A stretch of DNA of 64,000 nt from the NCBI RefSeq assembly GCF_009914755.1, contig NC_060942.1, one strand, 5' to 3'. Under the pieces are notes generated by a model. That model did no database searches and was not told the origin of the DNA. It was given only the letters and a program-made list of their open reading frames with translations. How positions within the stretch are numbered: the first letter of the stretch is position 1; each line of letters begins with the position of its first letter. This DNA is from the human T2T-CHM13v2.0 reference genome, Homo sapiens. This document shows positions 1-13,982 of the stretch, in pieces. The translations under genes and the position numbers were made by a program.

Positions 1-854
1 TTTCCATGCTTCTGCTAAAGCACCTCCTGGATGCATGCCAGCAATGAATGGGCCTCACAAATACAGCTGTTTTCTCACTCTTCTGTTGATCAACATAATT
101 CAATTCTATAAATGTTTATGTAGGGAGGCCCTACTATGCACAACTCATGCTGCAAGATGCTCAATAAATAATTGTAAAATAGCAAATAACCGCAATGCAA
201 TAGCATAACCTAACATGCTACACAGCATACATGACAATAAGTTCAAAGAGTGGAAAATGGAAACTACTGAGCTTTTCAGCTGACCACAATCAAATCAGAA
301 CACATCAAAACAGCTGGTGTTCTGTGACTCAGAATCAATCAACCAGTTTTGCATCACCTCATACTTCTTTATTTCTCTTTACAGTTTCACAGAAGAGATT
401 TAAACCAGCATGTGTCCTTCCCATTTGGTTAAATTTCTGCTTTGAGTTGCTTTGCTTTCACATTCTAATACCAACGAATGAAAATCACTGTAATATAAAA
501 GAAAAAAAATAAAGGCTAACATTAAAATGATTTTTAAAATGATGCCGCTACATTTGTGTAAAATAAACCATATGCTCAAATAAAATGCCCTAGAAGAAAA
601 GTGATATTTTAAAGTAGTGTTATGAAATGAAGATAGTTCTGCATCAGCTGTATTTATGTAATTCACAAATATATCAATGTATATTATAATTTTCTAAGTA
701 TATAATTAATATTTTAATTACACAAATTATGATATTTGTATAATCTTGGAAATTTGTATAGTCTTAAGAAAATCAATAGTAGATTAGTCAATGAATGCTA
801 AATATTATTATGTGTTTTGGTTCCTGACACCAGCTCTTCTCTTTGTTCTGATAG

Positions 855-1050
855 GTACTTACTACACCATTCTTTGGCGAAGGCTATTCAGCAGTGGTGA
901 CCTCTTCCAATCCAACACTCTACAGATTATTATCTCTGGACTCCCAGCTGACACCCTGCCGGAGGCAAGAGCTACTAAGCCAACTGGAACTGTGCCTTTT
1001 CTCTTGTCAAGGTTTTTTTCTTACACAGGAAAAAGAAAGAAAAAAAAAAG
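855..1050 (+). other. CDH7: 5' UTR part of the first coding exon of CDH7
   Basis: Pyrimidine tract and AG at 853-854 (tcttctctttgttctgatag), then 196 nt with no ATG up to the start codon at 1051. Confidence 0.75.
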
Positions 1051-1260
1051 ATGAAGTTGGGCAAAGTGGAGTTCTGCCATTTTCTGCAGCTAATAGCTCT
1101 TTTCCTGTGTTTTTCTGGGATGAGTCAAGCAGAACTCTCAAGGTCCAGATCAAAGCCCTATTTCCAATCAGGGAGGTCCCGGACCAAGCGCAGCTGGGTG
1201 TGGAATCAGTTCTTTGTGCTGGAGGAATACATGGGTTCAGACCCCCTCTATGTAGGAAAG
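1051..1260 (+). CDS. CDH7: Cadherin-7 first coding exon: signal peptide, prodomain, start of EC1
   Basis: [23 protein letters not shown] hydrophobic signal; RTKR furin site followed by [12 protein letters not shown] (W2/W4 type II cadherin N-terminus); ends at AAG|gtaggg donor, phase 0, 210 nt. Confidence 0.97.
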
Positions 1261-1800
1261 GTAGGGTATTGTGACCTTTCAAAGTTGTAAATGATTATTG
1301 TCCATGTCTATGGTTTGATGAAAAACTGCTATATATATATAAAATTTATTTTTTGCTATGGGGATGGTAAACACAAGACATCATTTCTATGAAAGAGTTT
1401 ATGAAGGTTTTTGGCGATAGCCACTGCGAAGTTGCAATCAAGGTATAATATTCATTACAGTGAAACTGTATATTAGGGAATGATGCTTCATTCCTAGAAA
1501 CAGATGAGGATTCTACAGAGGCCTAGTTTACTCTGGTTGTAACACATTGATAAACTGTCGTTACCAAAGTGGAACAAGACTATTCATAAAAAATGAAGAG
1601 TAGTGGGTTCTTACAGCCAGTTGGTTTCAGTTGCTGCTTTTGGGGTATTATTAAAATGATGTCCAGACTAACATTAATACTTAGGTGTCCTTCCCTGATA
1701 CTTGCAGTGGAAAAACTGCAAAATGAAACTATTGACCCTAATGTTTCTAAATTATGAACAATTTAAACCCACTTTTCTTAGCAGTCTTGTTTTGATAGGG

Positions 1801-1802
<2 letters not shown>

Positions 1803-1840
<38 letters not shown>
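1803..1840. repeat. (GT)19 microsatellite
   Basis: Perfect GT run. Confidence 0.95.
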
Positions 1841-1842
<2 letters not shown>

Positions 1843-4004
1843 GGTTGCTTTAAACATTTTCCTTTGGATTAAAAATGATCATGGACAGAAGTCAGTTAGA
1901 AATGATATTAGACAAGTGATGGGCAGTTCATGGTGCATTTATTGGGTGACCAAGTGTTAGCTGGATGGACATTTTGTTTTTCACAGTTTCTTCTGTCTTA
2001 ATATTTGAGAAGGAGATTTTCACTGGAGAGCTTCCTGAACCAAAAGGTGCTTCTAGAAAGCATAGCCTTCTCTCTGCCATTTGGCATATCATGTTCTCGG
2101 TTCCTAGTCTACTTCCGGTTCAATTTTTTTAATATTTGTAAAGGCCTACTGAATTTCTCAATTTGGTACTGAGTCCTGGTGAAGGTTTTCTAAATAGGGT
2201 ATATTAGCACAAAATCTGTGCCTCTGTATTTTTACACTTCACTCTGTCAGTTTTATATTTGTCTTCCTGGTAAAATGAAGCATAGCTACCTACTGAATTT
2301 ATCTATAAATCAGTTTTTCAACTTTAAAAGATAGAGGAATAATCCTGGTGATTTACTGCATGGGTCGTTTTTTCGTTTGATCACACCTTAAGTAAGGGCC
2401 AAAATTATGTTTATTGATGAGCATCTACATCAATCAAGGTAATTTGTATTATATTTATTATTTTATTTATGTCTCTATATTTTATAAATACTGACTTTTA
2501 CTACCTTGTAAACAAAAGGACATTAATAAGTTAAAGGTTTCTAGGGATGTGAATTAGGATTTTTCTTTTTTTGGTCCAGTTACAGCATTTTCCTACCTAA
2601 GCTTATGTAAATACAGAGGTGTTTTGTGTACTAATATATTTTTATAGCCATTCTACCAGTAACACCGTCATATTTACTGTACATATATATGCTAAATATC
2701 TGTCTCACTCTCTTTTTACTTGTTTTCTTATAAAGAAATTGAGAGGAGTAACCGTAATGATTAGGATTTGATTAGGAAACTAGCTCTTAATTTCATTCAT
2801 TTTTAATGGACATTTAACAAAGTCATCCAATTTTCTTAAATGGACAGAGCTATAATATTCAAGTAATGTATAAAAGGAAGTAATAGTTATTAAGCAAAAT
2901 CATATTTTGTGACAATGTAAAATTTTCTAAAAGCAGCAAAACTGTTTCCAAAGTAAATGCCATTTAATTTGGTATTAAATAAAGTTGCTTGGGTGAAGTT
3001 GACATTTTAAAAATCTATATAGTTTTAAAATTTAAATGGCCTTCTTTTGAATTTCACAAATTTCCCATAATAATTCAGAATGCTTATTCCATAAAACTCC
3101 TATAAGTCAATTTAAAATTATGAAGAGGTGTGTCCCTATGTTACTTAAATTCCATATGCAAACAAAGTTGTTGGGCAAAGGTGTTATTTTTCTAAGAGAA
3201 ATTGTGTAGTTTCTTGATTAGGTAACAATAAATATTATGTACCTCTCTTCCAACTAATCAAAGAAGGTCACTTATATTTACATGACAGAAGTTAGTTCGT
3301 GTTTATCTTTTGCATGCTGTACATTGGGAGTTCAATATCGCCTTTCATAGTAAATTGTCCAGGATGGAAATGGATTTAATTTTTTAAAAAATTGACTAAA
3401 ATACAGAAAAAGGGCTGTAACATAATTTGAGATGGAAGGAGAATTTGTACACAAGAGAGACAAATGCAAGGCCTTACAGGAACAATTTTCATATATCCTT
3501 GGAAAAAAATGGCAGAGAACTTGATTACTATAGATTTTATATTTGAGATGATGAAATGATTCTTTTTATTAATAATTTGGTGGTCTGAATAAGCAGAGAT
3601 ATAACAATAACTTTGACTTAAGTACGTTTTTTATTACTTGGGTAAATAGACACATTTTCCTTTCCTTTTTTCTTTTTTTTTTTTAGTTTTGGGAGGTGAT
3701 GTCTGTGCCCAGAAATGTTTGTAGGACAGAAAGAAATAAAAATTATAGAAGAAGATGTGAAGAAATGGCTGGGCAGATAATCATAGAAAGAAAAAAAGAA
3801 CCTAATTAATCAGTGCTTTTCACAGATGTGTATTCAACCTAGGCCACTTAGATGGTCACATTCTTAGTCATCCTAACACAATCTAGCTATTTGGGTAATT
3901 TGGAAAATATAAGTGATGACTTTGATACATTTTGTACCTTAACTTGATCACATAATGGATAACTACCGTATGTGTCAAATTGACATCATTTTTATTTTCT
4001 TGCT

Positions 4005-4100
4005 CTACCACTTTCTACTAGTTGTATAACTTGGGGGCAAATTGCCTAATATCATTAAGTTTTAGTTTTCTAATCTATAAAATAGAAAAATGGTATCTAC
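4005..4100 (+). mobile_element. MIR SINE fragment
   Basis: Degenerate MIR core (taacttgggggcaaattgcctaa...ttttctaatctataaaatag); bounds approximate. Confidence 0.55.
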
Positions 4101-5091
4101 AATTCAATTCTGTTACTCAATAAATCCGATTAGTCTTTATGACCTACATTCAATTACTCTGGACATTATTATATTTTATATTTCATTACATATTAATTAT
4201 AAATTAACTTAGTTATGGATCATCTATTTTGTTACATGTGAAATGTTATCTGTGTGATTCCTCAGATGAAAGCCGGTATTATTTTATGTTCTAATAGTGT
4301 TTATATTTATTCCAGTTAATTATAGGAATGTCTATTTTGGGGGAGCTTAATAATGCAGCTTTTAGAAATTATTTATATACAATTAAACTATGGCAGAGAT
4401 ATAATTAGTGGGTAAAAAATTCACAGAAATTATATCTGTGAGTCTTTTAAGACTTTCAAATTTCGAGTCCATGTTAATGGCAGGTGACCAGCAAGATCAA
4501 TTAAATGACTCTTCAGTCAATAAAATTTGATCATTAAGACATTGAAGATAATGAGGCTACAATATGGCTTTCAAGCATATTATTTTAGGTAGTTTACTGA
4601 GTTGCTTTTTACATATGATAACCAAAGACCAAAGTAGAACATTCTGTTGAAGGGGACCAGGAGTGCTTCTAGAACCCTTACTCAGGAACCACCCGGGCTC
4701 AGACTTCTGGGCTATGCTAGACTCCGATGGTGCAACCTTTATCATTAGCTTCCCATCATTTTCTTGTGAAATAAGTTGATAAATGTATAGACTTAAGGAA
4801 GGAGTCCTTGGATGTTACTCTGAGTTCTGTTTTAAAAAATAATAGTGCCCCTTTCCTTACATGTATGTTTTAATTACCATCATGCCTGTTTTCTTGTTTT
4901 TATATGGGGAGAAGGAAGGGGGGAGGATCCTTTCTTTTCTCCTTTTCACTTTATATCACCCCTCCCGTGGCTATTCACAGTACATAGGAGGTCCCAGTTT
5001 CCACCCATTTCATTGGATCGCACTGCATTTCTTCAGCCCAGTCTGTTAATCACCTTGGCATTACTCACTTAACGTCCTGTAACTGTCTGAC

Positions 5092-5093
<2 letters not shown>

Positions 5094-5132
<39 letters not shown>
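5094..5132. repeat. A39 mononucleotide run
   Basis: Uninterrupted poly-A with no adjacent SINE or LINE body. Confidence 0.95.
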
Positions 5133-5136
<4 letters not shown>

Positions 5137-6432
5137 ACAAAACCACTCAGCCTCTGTTCCAGGTATTAAGTATTTTTCATCTTTCCTAACCGTAATGGGA
5201 TGCCAGCCGATCGCTGTGCCCCAGGCCATTACTTTCACTGAAATGTGTGCTTCGTGCCTCTTCCACAGTTGCTTCCCTAGCTGTTAACATCACTCTTTCT
5301 TTCTTTTTTTTTTTTTTGGCTACTCCTCTTTCTTCCTTACTCATTCAGGGAAAGTTTATACCTATTACCCCAGTAGAAATCAAATACACAGAAATGCAGT
5401 TTGCAGGATTGGCTTTGCTTTAAATTTAAGCTTACTTGGAAGCATTGGTGAGCATTTTCAATGCATTTAATTATACCTCAGCAGTATCTCTCACCAAGAA
5501 ATTATCTACCTCCTGATATCTAAAGATACATTCAGTGTTCCAAAAAAGGAAGTTTCATATTGAAAATAGGTTGTGTTTATTTTTAAAAACTTGAGTTACA
5601 AATTAGATTCCTTAACTGGAAAATTTTATGTTAGATACAGAAAAGGTCAATAATGAATGCCAAGTATGAGCGACAAGAAAGAGCATAGTCATCATAGCAA
5701 AATCTACAGTTTATAGATTTTATTGAGAAAAGACAAACAGGAAAAGTGTCCTCTGAAAATGTAGATTGCCTAATGCCAGGTCAACTCTTAGAAGAAAACA
5801 AAGACAGTTTATTTTTTCTAGGAATGAGTAGAAACCCCATTTTCATAATAACTTTACAACTAGAGTCAATTTGTAAAGGCATTTGTTCTCTGTCAGTTTG
5901 CTGATAGATGTGTGGAATTCCTGGTGATTTCAAAAGGAATTTGGACACGGATCAGCTCTATCAGATGCAAATAAGTTCAGATTTTTAGAAATACTTCTTG
6001 GCAGTTATATTCAGCTCTTATAATACTGCAATAAGCAAATACATTGTTATTTTGTTTTTTTCTTACCATTTTGTAAATAACATGTTAGATTGTGCCACTA
6101 AAATGCAGAAACCCACCATTTATTCGGCTTAATATGGCTAATTAACTTAAAAAGTCACCTCAGTTCAGAAATGAAGGTTATAATTACCAAAGGCTTTAGC
6201 TATACAGCTAAAAGTTGGACAGAGTGGAAGACTCTCAGTTATATGCCTGATTATAGCCAAACTAGGTACTCTAGATTGGGCTCCACATTTCCTGATTGTC
6301 TGTGTATGTTGATCAAAATCATTTAAAAATTCTGCCTTTTTAACAATGTTTGTGTTTATGTGCAATCTACTTGCGTCCTATTTTGTGATGAAAACAGCAA
6401 ACATTTTCAACTGCAGTCTATATGCGTTGTTG

Positions 6433-6711
6433 TTTTTTTTTTTTATTTTTTGGTTCTTGTTTTGAGATGGAGTCTTGCTTTCTTACCCAGACTGGCACGT
6501 AGTGACGCAATCTCAGCTCACTGCAGCCTCCGCCTCCCGGTTCAAGCAATTCTCCTGCCTCAGCCTCCCCAGTATCTGGGACTACAGGCATGTACCACCA
6601 TACTTGGATGGTTTTTGTATTTTTAGTAGAGACGAGGGTTTCACCATGTAGGCCAGGCTGGTTTCGAACTCCTGACTTCACGTGATCTGCCCGCCTCGGC
6701 CTCCCAAAGTG
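6433..6711 (-). mobile_element. AluS-type SINE, slightly 5'-truncated
   Basis: T-rich tail, then tgagatggagtcttgct...gcctcggcctcccaaagtg (Alu reverse complement). Confidence 0.93.
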
Positions 6712-7629
6712 TATATTAGCTGTGTTTTAACATTGTATTTATATTGAGGTTTTAGGTGCAAAGGACAAGATATAAACTGAAACGATGATTGAGTTTTTTT
6801 CTCTACAAAGTGCGCTGTAATTGTTTGGACAAGCTTTATGTGCATTGCTCATAGATACAGAGTCACAGGATCTGCAGCCCTCCGTGACTCACCAGGATAA
6901 ACGACAGAATTAGATAAGCAGCAGGACAGTCACTGAGACTTTGCTGGATTGAGCATATGTAGGCAAGGACTATATTGGGAGAAATTGGGTCCTCATCGTT
7001 TTGTATGATTTATATTGATTATATGCCTTAGGCTGATTACCTGAAAGAAACACTAGTTTGTACAAACATGGTTAACATTGTATCCAAGAAAATCTCTTTT
7101 GTATGCTGCTAAACCTACCCTCTGTGTTTACTTTCTTCTTTTCTCTCTCCTTTTTTTTTTCAAATATTTATCGCATACTTATACTGTGATTGATAATGTG
7201 CTAGATAGAAGCATTAAAAAATAAACTCTTTCATAAAATTCACAGTCTGGTTGATAAGCCAAGCAGGTAATCCCATGGCAGTGGAAAGCAGTAAATTCCA
7301 AAACTAACCAACAGCTGTGGAGGTGGTTCCCACAGAGGAAGAACTCACAGATCCAAGAACAAACGCTTGCATGAGGACACCTGGTGCACCTCTGTGATTT
7401 TGTATCTTTTTAATACAATCTTCAAATCAAAGCAAAAGCAAATTATCTTCTTAGAAAACAGGGCAGAGTTTTCTAAAACTATACTGAGAGAAGCTTTATA
7501 TAGTAGAAAGATCAGTAAGCAGAAACTCCAGGTTAAAGTAGCAATTTTCTTGTTATTTTAAACACAGCCCTGAAACAATAAATTTTGATTTTCTCATCTG
7601 TAAAATGTGATCAAATTGGTAAAGTTTTA

Positions 7630-8152
7630 AACTTTTTTATTTTGAACTAATTTCAAACTTATAAATAAGTTGCAAAGTGCTATTCTCTAATCCAGCTTTT
7701 GCAAATAGTAATATCTTACGTGACTACAGCAATTATTTAAGCTAGGAAATTAACATTGGTACAATACTATTTACTGATTAACAGCATATATTCAAAATTT
7801 GCCAGTTGTTCTAATAAAATATTAAATACTTGTTTCTGGCAGGAACCAGTTCAATATCACACCTTTCATCTGTCCTGTTTCCTTATATTTTCCAGTCTGG
7901 GATAGTTCCTTAGTCTTTCGTTGTCATTCTTGACCCATAATTGGGTAGAACATTTTATAATATGGGCCTGTCTCATGTTTCTTCTTAATGCATATGTTTC
8001 AGGGAATGTATTTTTGGCAAGTATAAGACAGAAGTGATGCTTTTCCCTTCTCACTGTATCACGTCAGAAGATAGAGGATGTTGACGTGACTCATTCATAA
8101 TGATGTTGAATTTGATCCCTTGGTTAAGGTGGTGTCTGCCAGGTTCCTTCAC
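7630..8152 (-). mobile_element. Old mammalian L1 3' end fragment (L1MC-like)
   Basis: ttttattttgaactaatttcaaactta, ggaaattaacattggtacaatacta and ttggttaaggtggtgtctgccagg resemble antisense L1MC 3' UTR. Confidence 0.65.
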
Positions 8153-9081
8153 GGAATGAACATTATCTGAAAGCTCTAAAATCTTGAAAGAGATATAAAA
8201 TAACCTAAACTCTCATTACAGATGGGAATAAATACTACTGCTGGTTTGAGGGAGGTGCAAGGGTTGATTCAGTACAATCTGTTGTCCATGTTTAGAATCA
8301 GGAGTGTGAGCCAGATTTAAATCTATAAGACAGTTAGGTAATGTTCATAATTTTATGCAGCAATTGACTGTTTCTCAAAAATACATCAATTTAAGATGTC
8401 AAAGGGCAATTGATTTTGCTTATTATTTTTTTTCTGAACCATGCAATAGTATTCTTTATAGTCCAAAATTGCAAGAAAGTTTCACTAATATAGAGGTTAA
8501 AATAAGAGCTTTCTCCCCACATTGCCTACAAAATCTAAATAATTGTTTTGCATTGTGAGGTTGGGCCCCAAATACTTAGCCATCATAATTACAAATGAAA
8601 CATTGTTTTGGAATAATAAACACTTAGAATCCTATAAGTTAAAGAACTAACACAAGACATTACAATCTGATGTATTACATGTTAATGTATTTACAGGGTT
8701 GAAATCTAAACAACTCATGGAATTACATTCAATGTTGAAATAAATTAGTAATGGCAGTTTCTTCTAATTATTCTTGTTTAAAACTTATATTCCTGTTGCC
8801 TAGTCAGTACTTATTAAATCTTTGGAAAGCCTTGTGAATTAGAAAGGTGATGTTCTTATGTTAGAGTTCAAGTAATATATATGTTTGGTAATAAAATAAG
8901 TAGAATAATGGAACAGCATTAGAATTATAATTGAGAAGAGCTAGAAGGCATATCAGAAGTCTACATTGAATAATTATCATTTTTTCAAATCTTAAAATTT
9001 TAGAAGAGTTAGAACTAAAATGAATACTACTTTGTCATAATACCAACCAATCATATTTTGAAGATAGATATAATTTCAGTA

Positions 9082-9440
9082 TGTATTTGTCTGTTCTGGT
9101 TTCCATAACAAAATATCAGATTAGATAACTTAAACAATAGAAATTTCTTTCTCATCGTTCTGGCTGAGAAGTCCACAAAGTGCCAGCAAAGTCAGTTTCT
9201 GGTGAGTGCTCTTGGCTTGAGGACAGCACAGCCTTCTCCATGTCCTCACATGGCAGAAGAGAAAAATTTCTTACTCTTTTAATGAGGCTATCAGTATTAT
9301 GGGATTCAGGTCCCAACCATATAATATCATTTAACCTTAGTTTACTTGCAAAAGACATACCTACAAATCAGTCACATTGGGAGTTAGGGTTTCAGTTTAT
9401 GAATTCTGAAAGGGGGAGGGTCACGACTCAGTTCATAGCA
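9082..9440 (-). mobile_element. MLT1A-like solo LTR (ERVL-MaLR)
   Basis: tgtatttgtctgttctgg...ccataacaaaata...tctcatcgttctgg...tcctcacatggcagaa...cagttcatagca; TG...CA ends, about 360 bp. Confidence 0.8.
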
Positions 9441-9566
9441 AATACCTAAATTCATTATAATTCATAAGAAATGAACGAATAACAAGTAATTGTTGACAAT
9501 AATAATGTAATCTATAGTTTAGTTTTAACAAGTAGAAGTTTACATAGCAATTTCAAAAATGTATTA

Positions 9567-9901
<335 letters not shown>

Positions 9902-11724
9902 CAGTATTAGAAAAATAGTTTAACTGAAGGTTTAGAAATTTTACCCACGTTTGCTTCAATCAGCTGTAGTTCTCAGGCCAAGAGCCTGAGAATTACCTTC
10001 TGTCCTTTTGCCATGCAAACGAAAAAAAAGAGAGAGCCAAACGACATTGGGGGAAAACAAACCAGTATGGGGAGGCCATCTCCATTTCTAGTTAGGCTAG
10101 AATCTTTGTCTTTTTTAAGATAAATGCGGAAGAGTAATTTCTCAAGATGGGGCTGTGTTATAGGAATGGTAATTAAAGCACCAGAACCAAAATGATTAAC
10201 ATCATTCTAGCAAGTTGTGTGTGTAAACAGTGCAGAATTATCTGATAAGAATGCTTCCCTTAGAATGTTTGCTTATCTCCTTCGTTAAAATGCTGACATG
10301 TTTTAAGGTATTTAACTGAAAACACACAATCAAAATTTGGACAACACATACATAATGTTCAACAGATGTGAGTTTGAAAGATTTGTGATGATCACCAGTG
10401 AAATTAGTCAAACCATGCTTAAATTAGATTTTTCTGATTTGTGAGTCATTTAAGGGTCCATATTGGAGTGGAATGTGTATGGAGAAGAAAAGATTACACA
10501 TTCCGCACTTGATTCTTTGAAATGAAGAAGAAATAAGATAAAAATCGGCATTTTCTTTCCCATAAAATATCTGAGAAACTCAGTTCTGTATTTCTCATCT
10601 ACTCTATCCCTGACGCAGTTTACATAAATTTCTCAACTGAATCGTAAGAGCTGAATTTAGGTGGTTAACTGATATGTTTTGCTTAATCTGGAGAAGCAGA
10701 TACTGGGGAGTTCTAGTCATTGCGATTTGATTTAATTATACCTAAGAACATGTAGCCATCAACAGTTAAAAATGATTACCAAAGAAATAGATGAAAATTA
10801 TCACATTTGTAAAGCTAAAGTCATACATAAGGCTTATAATGAAACATAGAGTCTGTAATATGGTATAAAATAAAAGGAACTGCACTATAGGACATAGACA
10901 CAACCTTAGAACAGTGATTTTTACAAGTTTAATATCTAATGAGGTACAGTTTAAAGCTTGCTATTAAAATTAAAAACACAAGCTTTATTACAAAGGCTAA
11001 GTTATCTTCTAGACTGATGATGGAAAATACATACGAGTGAGTGTGGATTCAGGGTTAGGGTCAGAGGAGGAAGCGCATTCTGTTTACGATCCAATTAAGA
11101 TTTCACAGTGGATATTTGTGACCAAAACAATATTCGAATGATTAACATCTTATAATATATGTATATTTTTCTCAGTGCTGCTCTCTTCACACTGTCTATG
11201 GCTTCCAATTTATGTTTAATTTCTCTGTTAACTCTGGGTACATCGATAAAGTCCAGTTTTTCAGTTTTTTACTTCACTTTTAACTTTGTGCTCAACCAGA
11301 GCTAAGGCATGTGTGTAAGGAGTAGAAAGTTTAAGGAGGAAGAAGTTTAAGCTACCTCAGAGGTTCAACAGTCATACAACAGCTCTTTTTATTATTTTTC
11401 CAAGCATCATCTTGGAATTCACCAAAAAGTATAAATTGTATAATTTTGGTCCTAAAAGACACATAAATCACAGGTAATGATTTTATCAAATTATATAAAT
11501 GCCTTAAACTTGAATATAAATATTATATGAATATCACATATTTTCACTAAAAAGAAAGAATATATTGTTCTTATTATTGTATTTTAATATTAGAGTGTCT
11601 TGGGCTTTGAAACTCATTTACTTTAGGTTCCTGAATACAGAAATTCTTTGTACAAATCCCTGATGAGTGATCAGGTAGCCTGAGGTCCATCTCTTAGTGG
11701 AAGCAGGAATTGTCTTGAAAATAC

Positions 11725-11900
11725 ACATTTCAGAGTCACATGATTTGGGTTTGCATACTGGCTCCCTAACTTACAGATGATGCGACTTCAAGCAAACAGC
11801 CTATTTCCTCATTTTTTTCATTTATAAAATAGGAACAACAATACTAACCTCACAAGGCTGTTGTACACATAAAAAGAAATACAAATGCACATGAAAGCCT
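11725..11900 (+). mobile_element. MIR SINE fragment
   Basis: cagagtcacatgatttgggtttg...ttcatttataaaataggaacaacaatactaacctcacaaggctgttgt. Confidence 0.65.
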
Positions 11901-13479
11901 GAAATATGGTATGAAAATGTATTTTTAAAAGTTAGTGAGCTTAATGAGGAAAGGGATTGTGTCCAATCCAAGCGTAATATCTGTATGTTCTCAGTGGATG
12001 GTTACTGCATGTATGGGACGCTTATGAAACCATGAGCATTGCTGTGAGAGGATTTTGAGTTTTAGGATGACACTTATTTCTAGGAGGTGAAATTACATTT
12101 GGCTATTCAAATATTTGAAGGCAGCATTTTTACACCCCCACACTAATTTTAAATGAACACTTAAAAAAAATGAAATAATTATTGCTCCCAAGCATTTTGT
12201 ATGACATGACTTCTCAAACTGTCCTTATACTTAGCTGGGCTTGCTTTTCAGCATCCTAAAATATGAAGGTCAGCATTGAACCTCAATAATCTGTGATAAT
12301 TCATAAGTCAATTCAAAAAATAAAAATCAAGATTTTTATTTCTGTTGATATTGGCATAAATTCTATCCCTCTATTAATACAAGCCATGATCTTATTATTA
12401 TTATTATTACTGTTATTAATATTATGATCATCTCTTGAGGAAAACAATCTAAGAAAAAATAGGATTTGAGACTCAATATATATGATTAGAAATAACTAGT
12501 GAATACCTTGAAGGAAGCTATAATAAAATTAAACATTTTTATGCCAAAATGTCTCTCTTCAAAAATTATTTTTCTTAAAAAATGTTAAATGAGAAACCCA
12601 ATATCTCTTCTTTCATAGCAAATTCCATTATTTGCTTTTGCTTACCCTTCCCTTCAGATCTTCCACATTCTTATTTGGTTTTACAAATTAAAACGACCTT
12701 TTTCAAATGCTCTCTCCTCCAAGCACAATGATAGCCTATTGCAGTGGTAATACATTGCACAGCTGTGGGGGCCTGACACTTCATTTTCCATATGGTACTG
12801 AATCTGTTGTACCTGAGTCAGCACGATTTCCTCGGGGCCGTCATTGGGAGTGTCTACAGCTACTCTCATATCTCAGATAATGTTGAGAGCCCTGGGTTCC
12901 AGGATAGTCTAGTCCAGTGGAAAGATGTGGGGCCTGGGAGAAAGAGAGGTCTGGATTTGAATGATGGTTATACCCCCCTGATGATGCAGGATCATGAATA
13001 TCACCATCTCTCTAATTCCCTTGATGGTCCTGGCTTTATTTTAAAATCTTCCATAAAGCAAGCTGAAGGAAATAAATAATAGCAAAAGAGGCGGGGAAGG
13101 GAGAAAAGAGCTAGGTTGTTTGTGGGTATCTGGAATGTTCAATGTATGATCCATCCTTCTCTCTCAAAGCGAAGATAGTAAGAAGATTTCAGTTTGTTTC
13201 CTGATAAGTAAAGTATTGAAGATCCAGACAGGAAATGAGTGTTGAACCCAGAAAGTAAGGATTTTAGAAAAGTAAGATGGAAAGATGGAAGCTTTTTGTT
13301 TTGTTTTCTCATAGAGAATTAGAAGTTATACAGCAATTCCTATGTTGTATGATTGTCTTTGGCTATGTTACCTAACACAGATGGCATAGATAATAATGAA
13401 TTATGATTATGCCAGTGCATAGAGAGGAAGTTTAGCCTAGTAGTTTTCACTGTGGTGCTGGGTGTGGAAGATATGACTG

Positions 13480-13660
13480 TGAGTCTCAGCATTGCTATTA
13501 ACTTTGAAATGGCTCAGCTTTTCTCCGCTTAATTTCTGTAAAATGGGTTTAACAATAGGTCTCATGTAATACAATTGTTATCAAGACTAAATAAGTTAAT
13601 ATATGTAAAGAACTTCTTGTTTTATATACAGCAAACATTCATTAAGTATTAGTTGTTAAT
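13480..13660 (+). mobile_element. MIR SINE fragment
   Basis: ctgtaaaatgggtttaacaatagg...aagactaaataagttaatatatgtaaag (MIR core and 3' part). Confidence 0.6.
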
Positions 13661-13768
13661 AATAGTGGTACATATTTTTATTTTGCATTCAATTGCTACT
13701 TTCTATAACTGGCCTAATTCAGGTGTTTTATTTTCAAGCATATTTTTAAAACAACCTAAAGGATAAGG

Positions 13769-13982
13769 CAGGGATGTCCAATCTTTTGTCTTCCTTGGAC
13801 CACGTTGAAAGAAGAAGAATTGTCTTGGACCAAACATAAAATACAGTAACACTAATGATAGCTGATGAACTAAAGAAAAAAAATACACAGTGTTTTAAGA
13901 AAGTTTATTCATTTGTGCTGGGCTGCATTCAGAGCCATCCTGGGCTGCATGTAGCCTGTGGGCCTTGAGTTGGACAAGTATG
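13769..13982 (+). mobile_element. MER30 non-autonomous hAT-Charlie DNA transposon
   Basis: cagggatgtccaatctttt...gaagaagaattgtcttgg...ttggacaagtatg matches MER30; degenerate 8-bp TSD ggataagg/gtctaagg. Confidence 0.85.

Noticed and set aside
791-1282. Overlapping ORFs around the start codon as uORFs or an antisense gene
   Set aside because: The ATG at 791 is intronic, the ORF at 894 starts at GTG, the exonic UTR has no ATG, and the antisense ORF has no supporting features
6360-6681. ORFs overlapping Alus (also 9564, 16158, 20483, 37701, 50248, 58396)
   Set aside because: Typical Alu-derived translations
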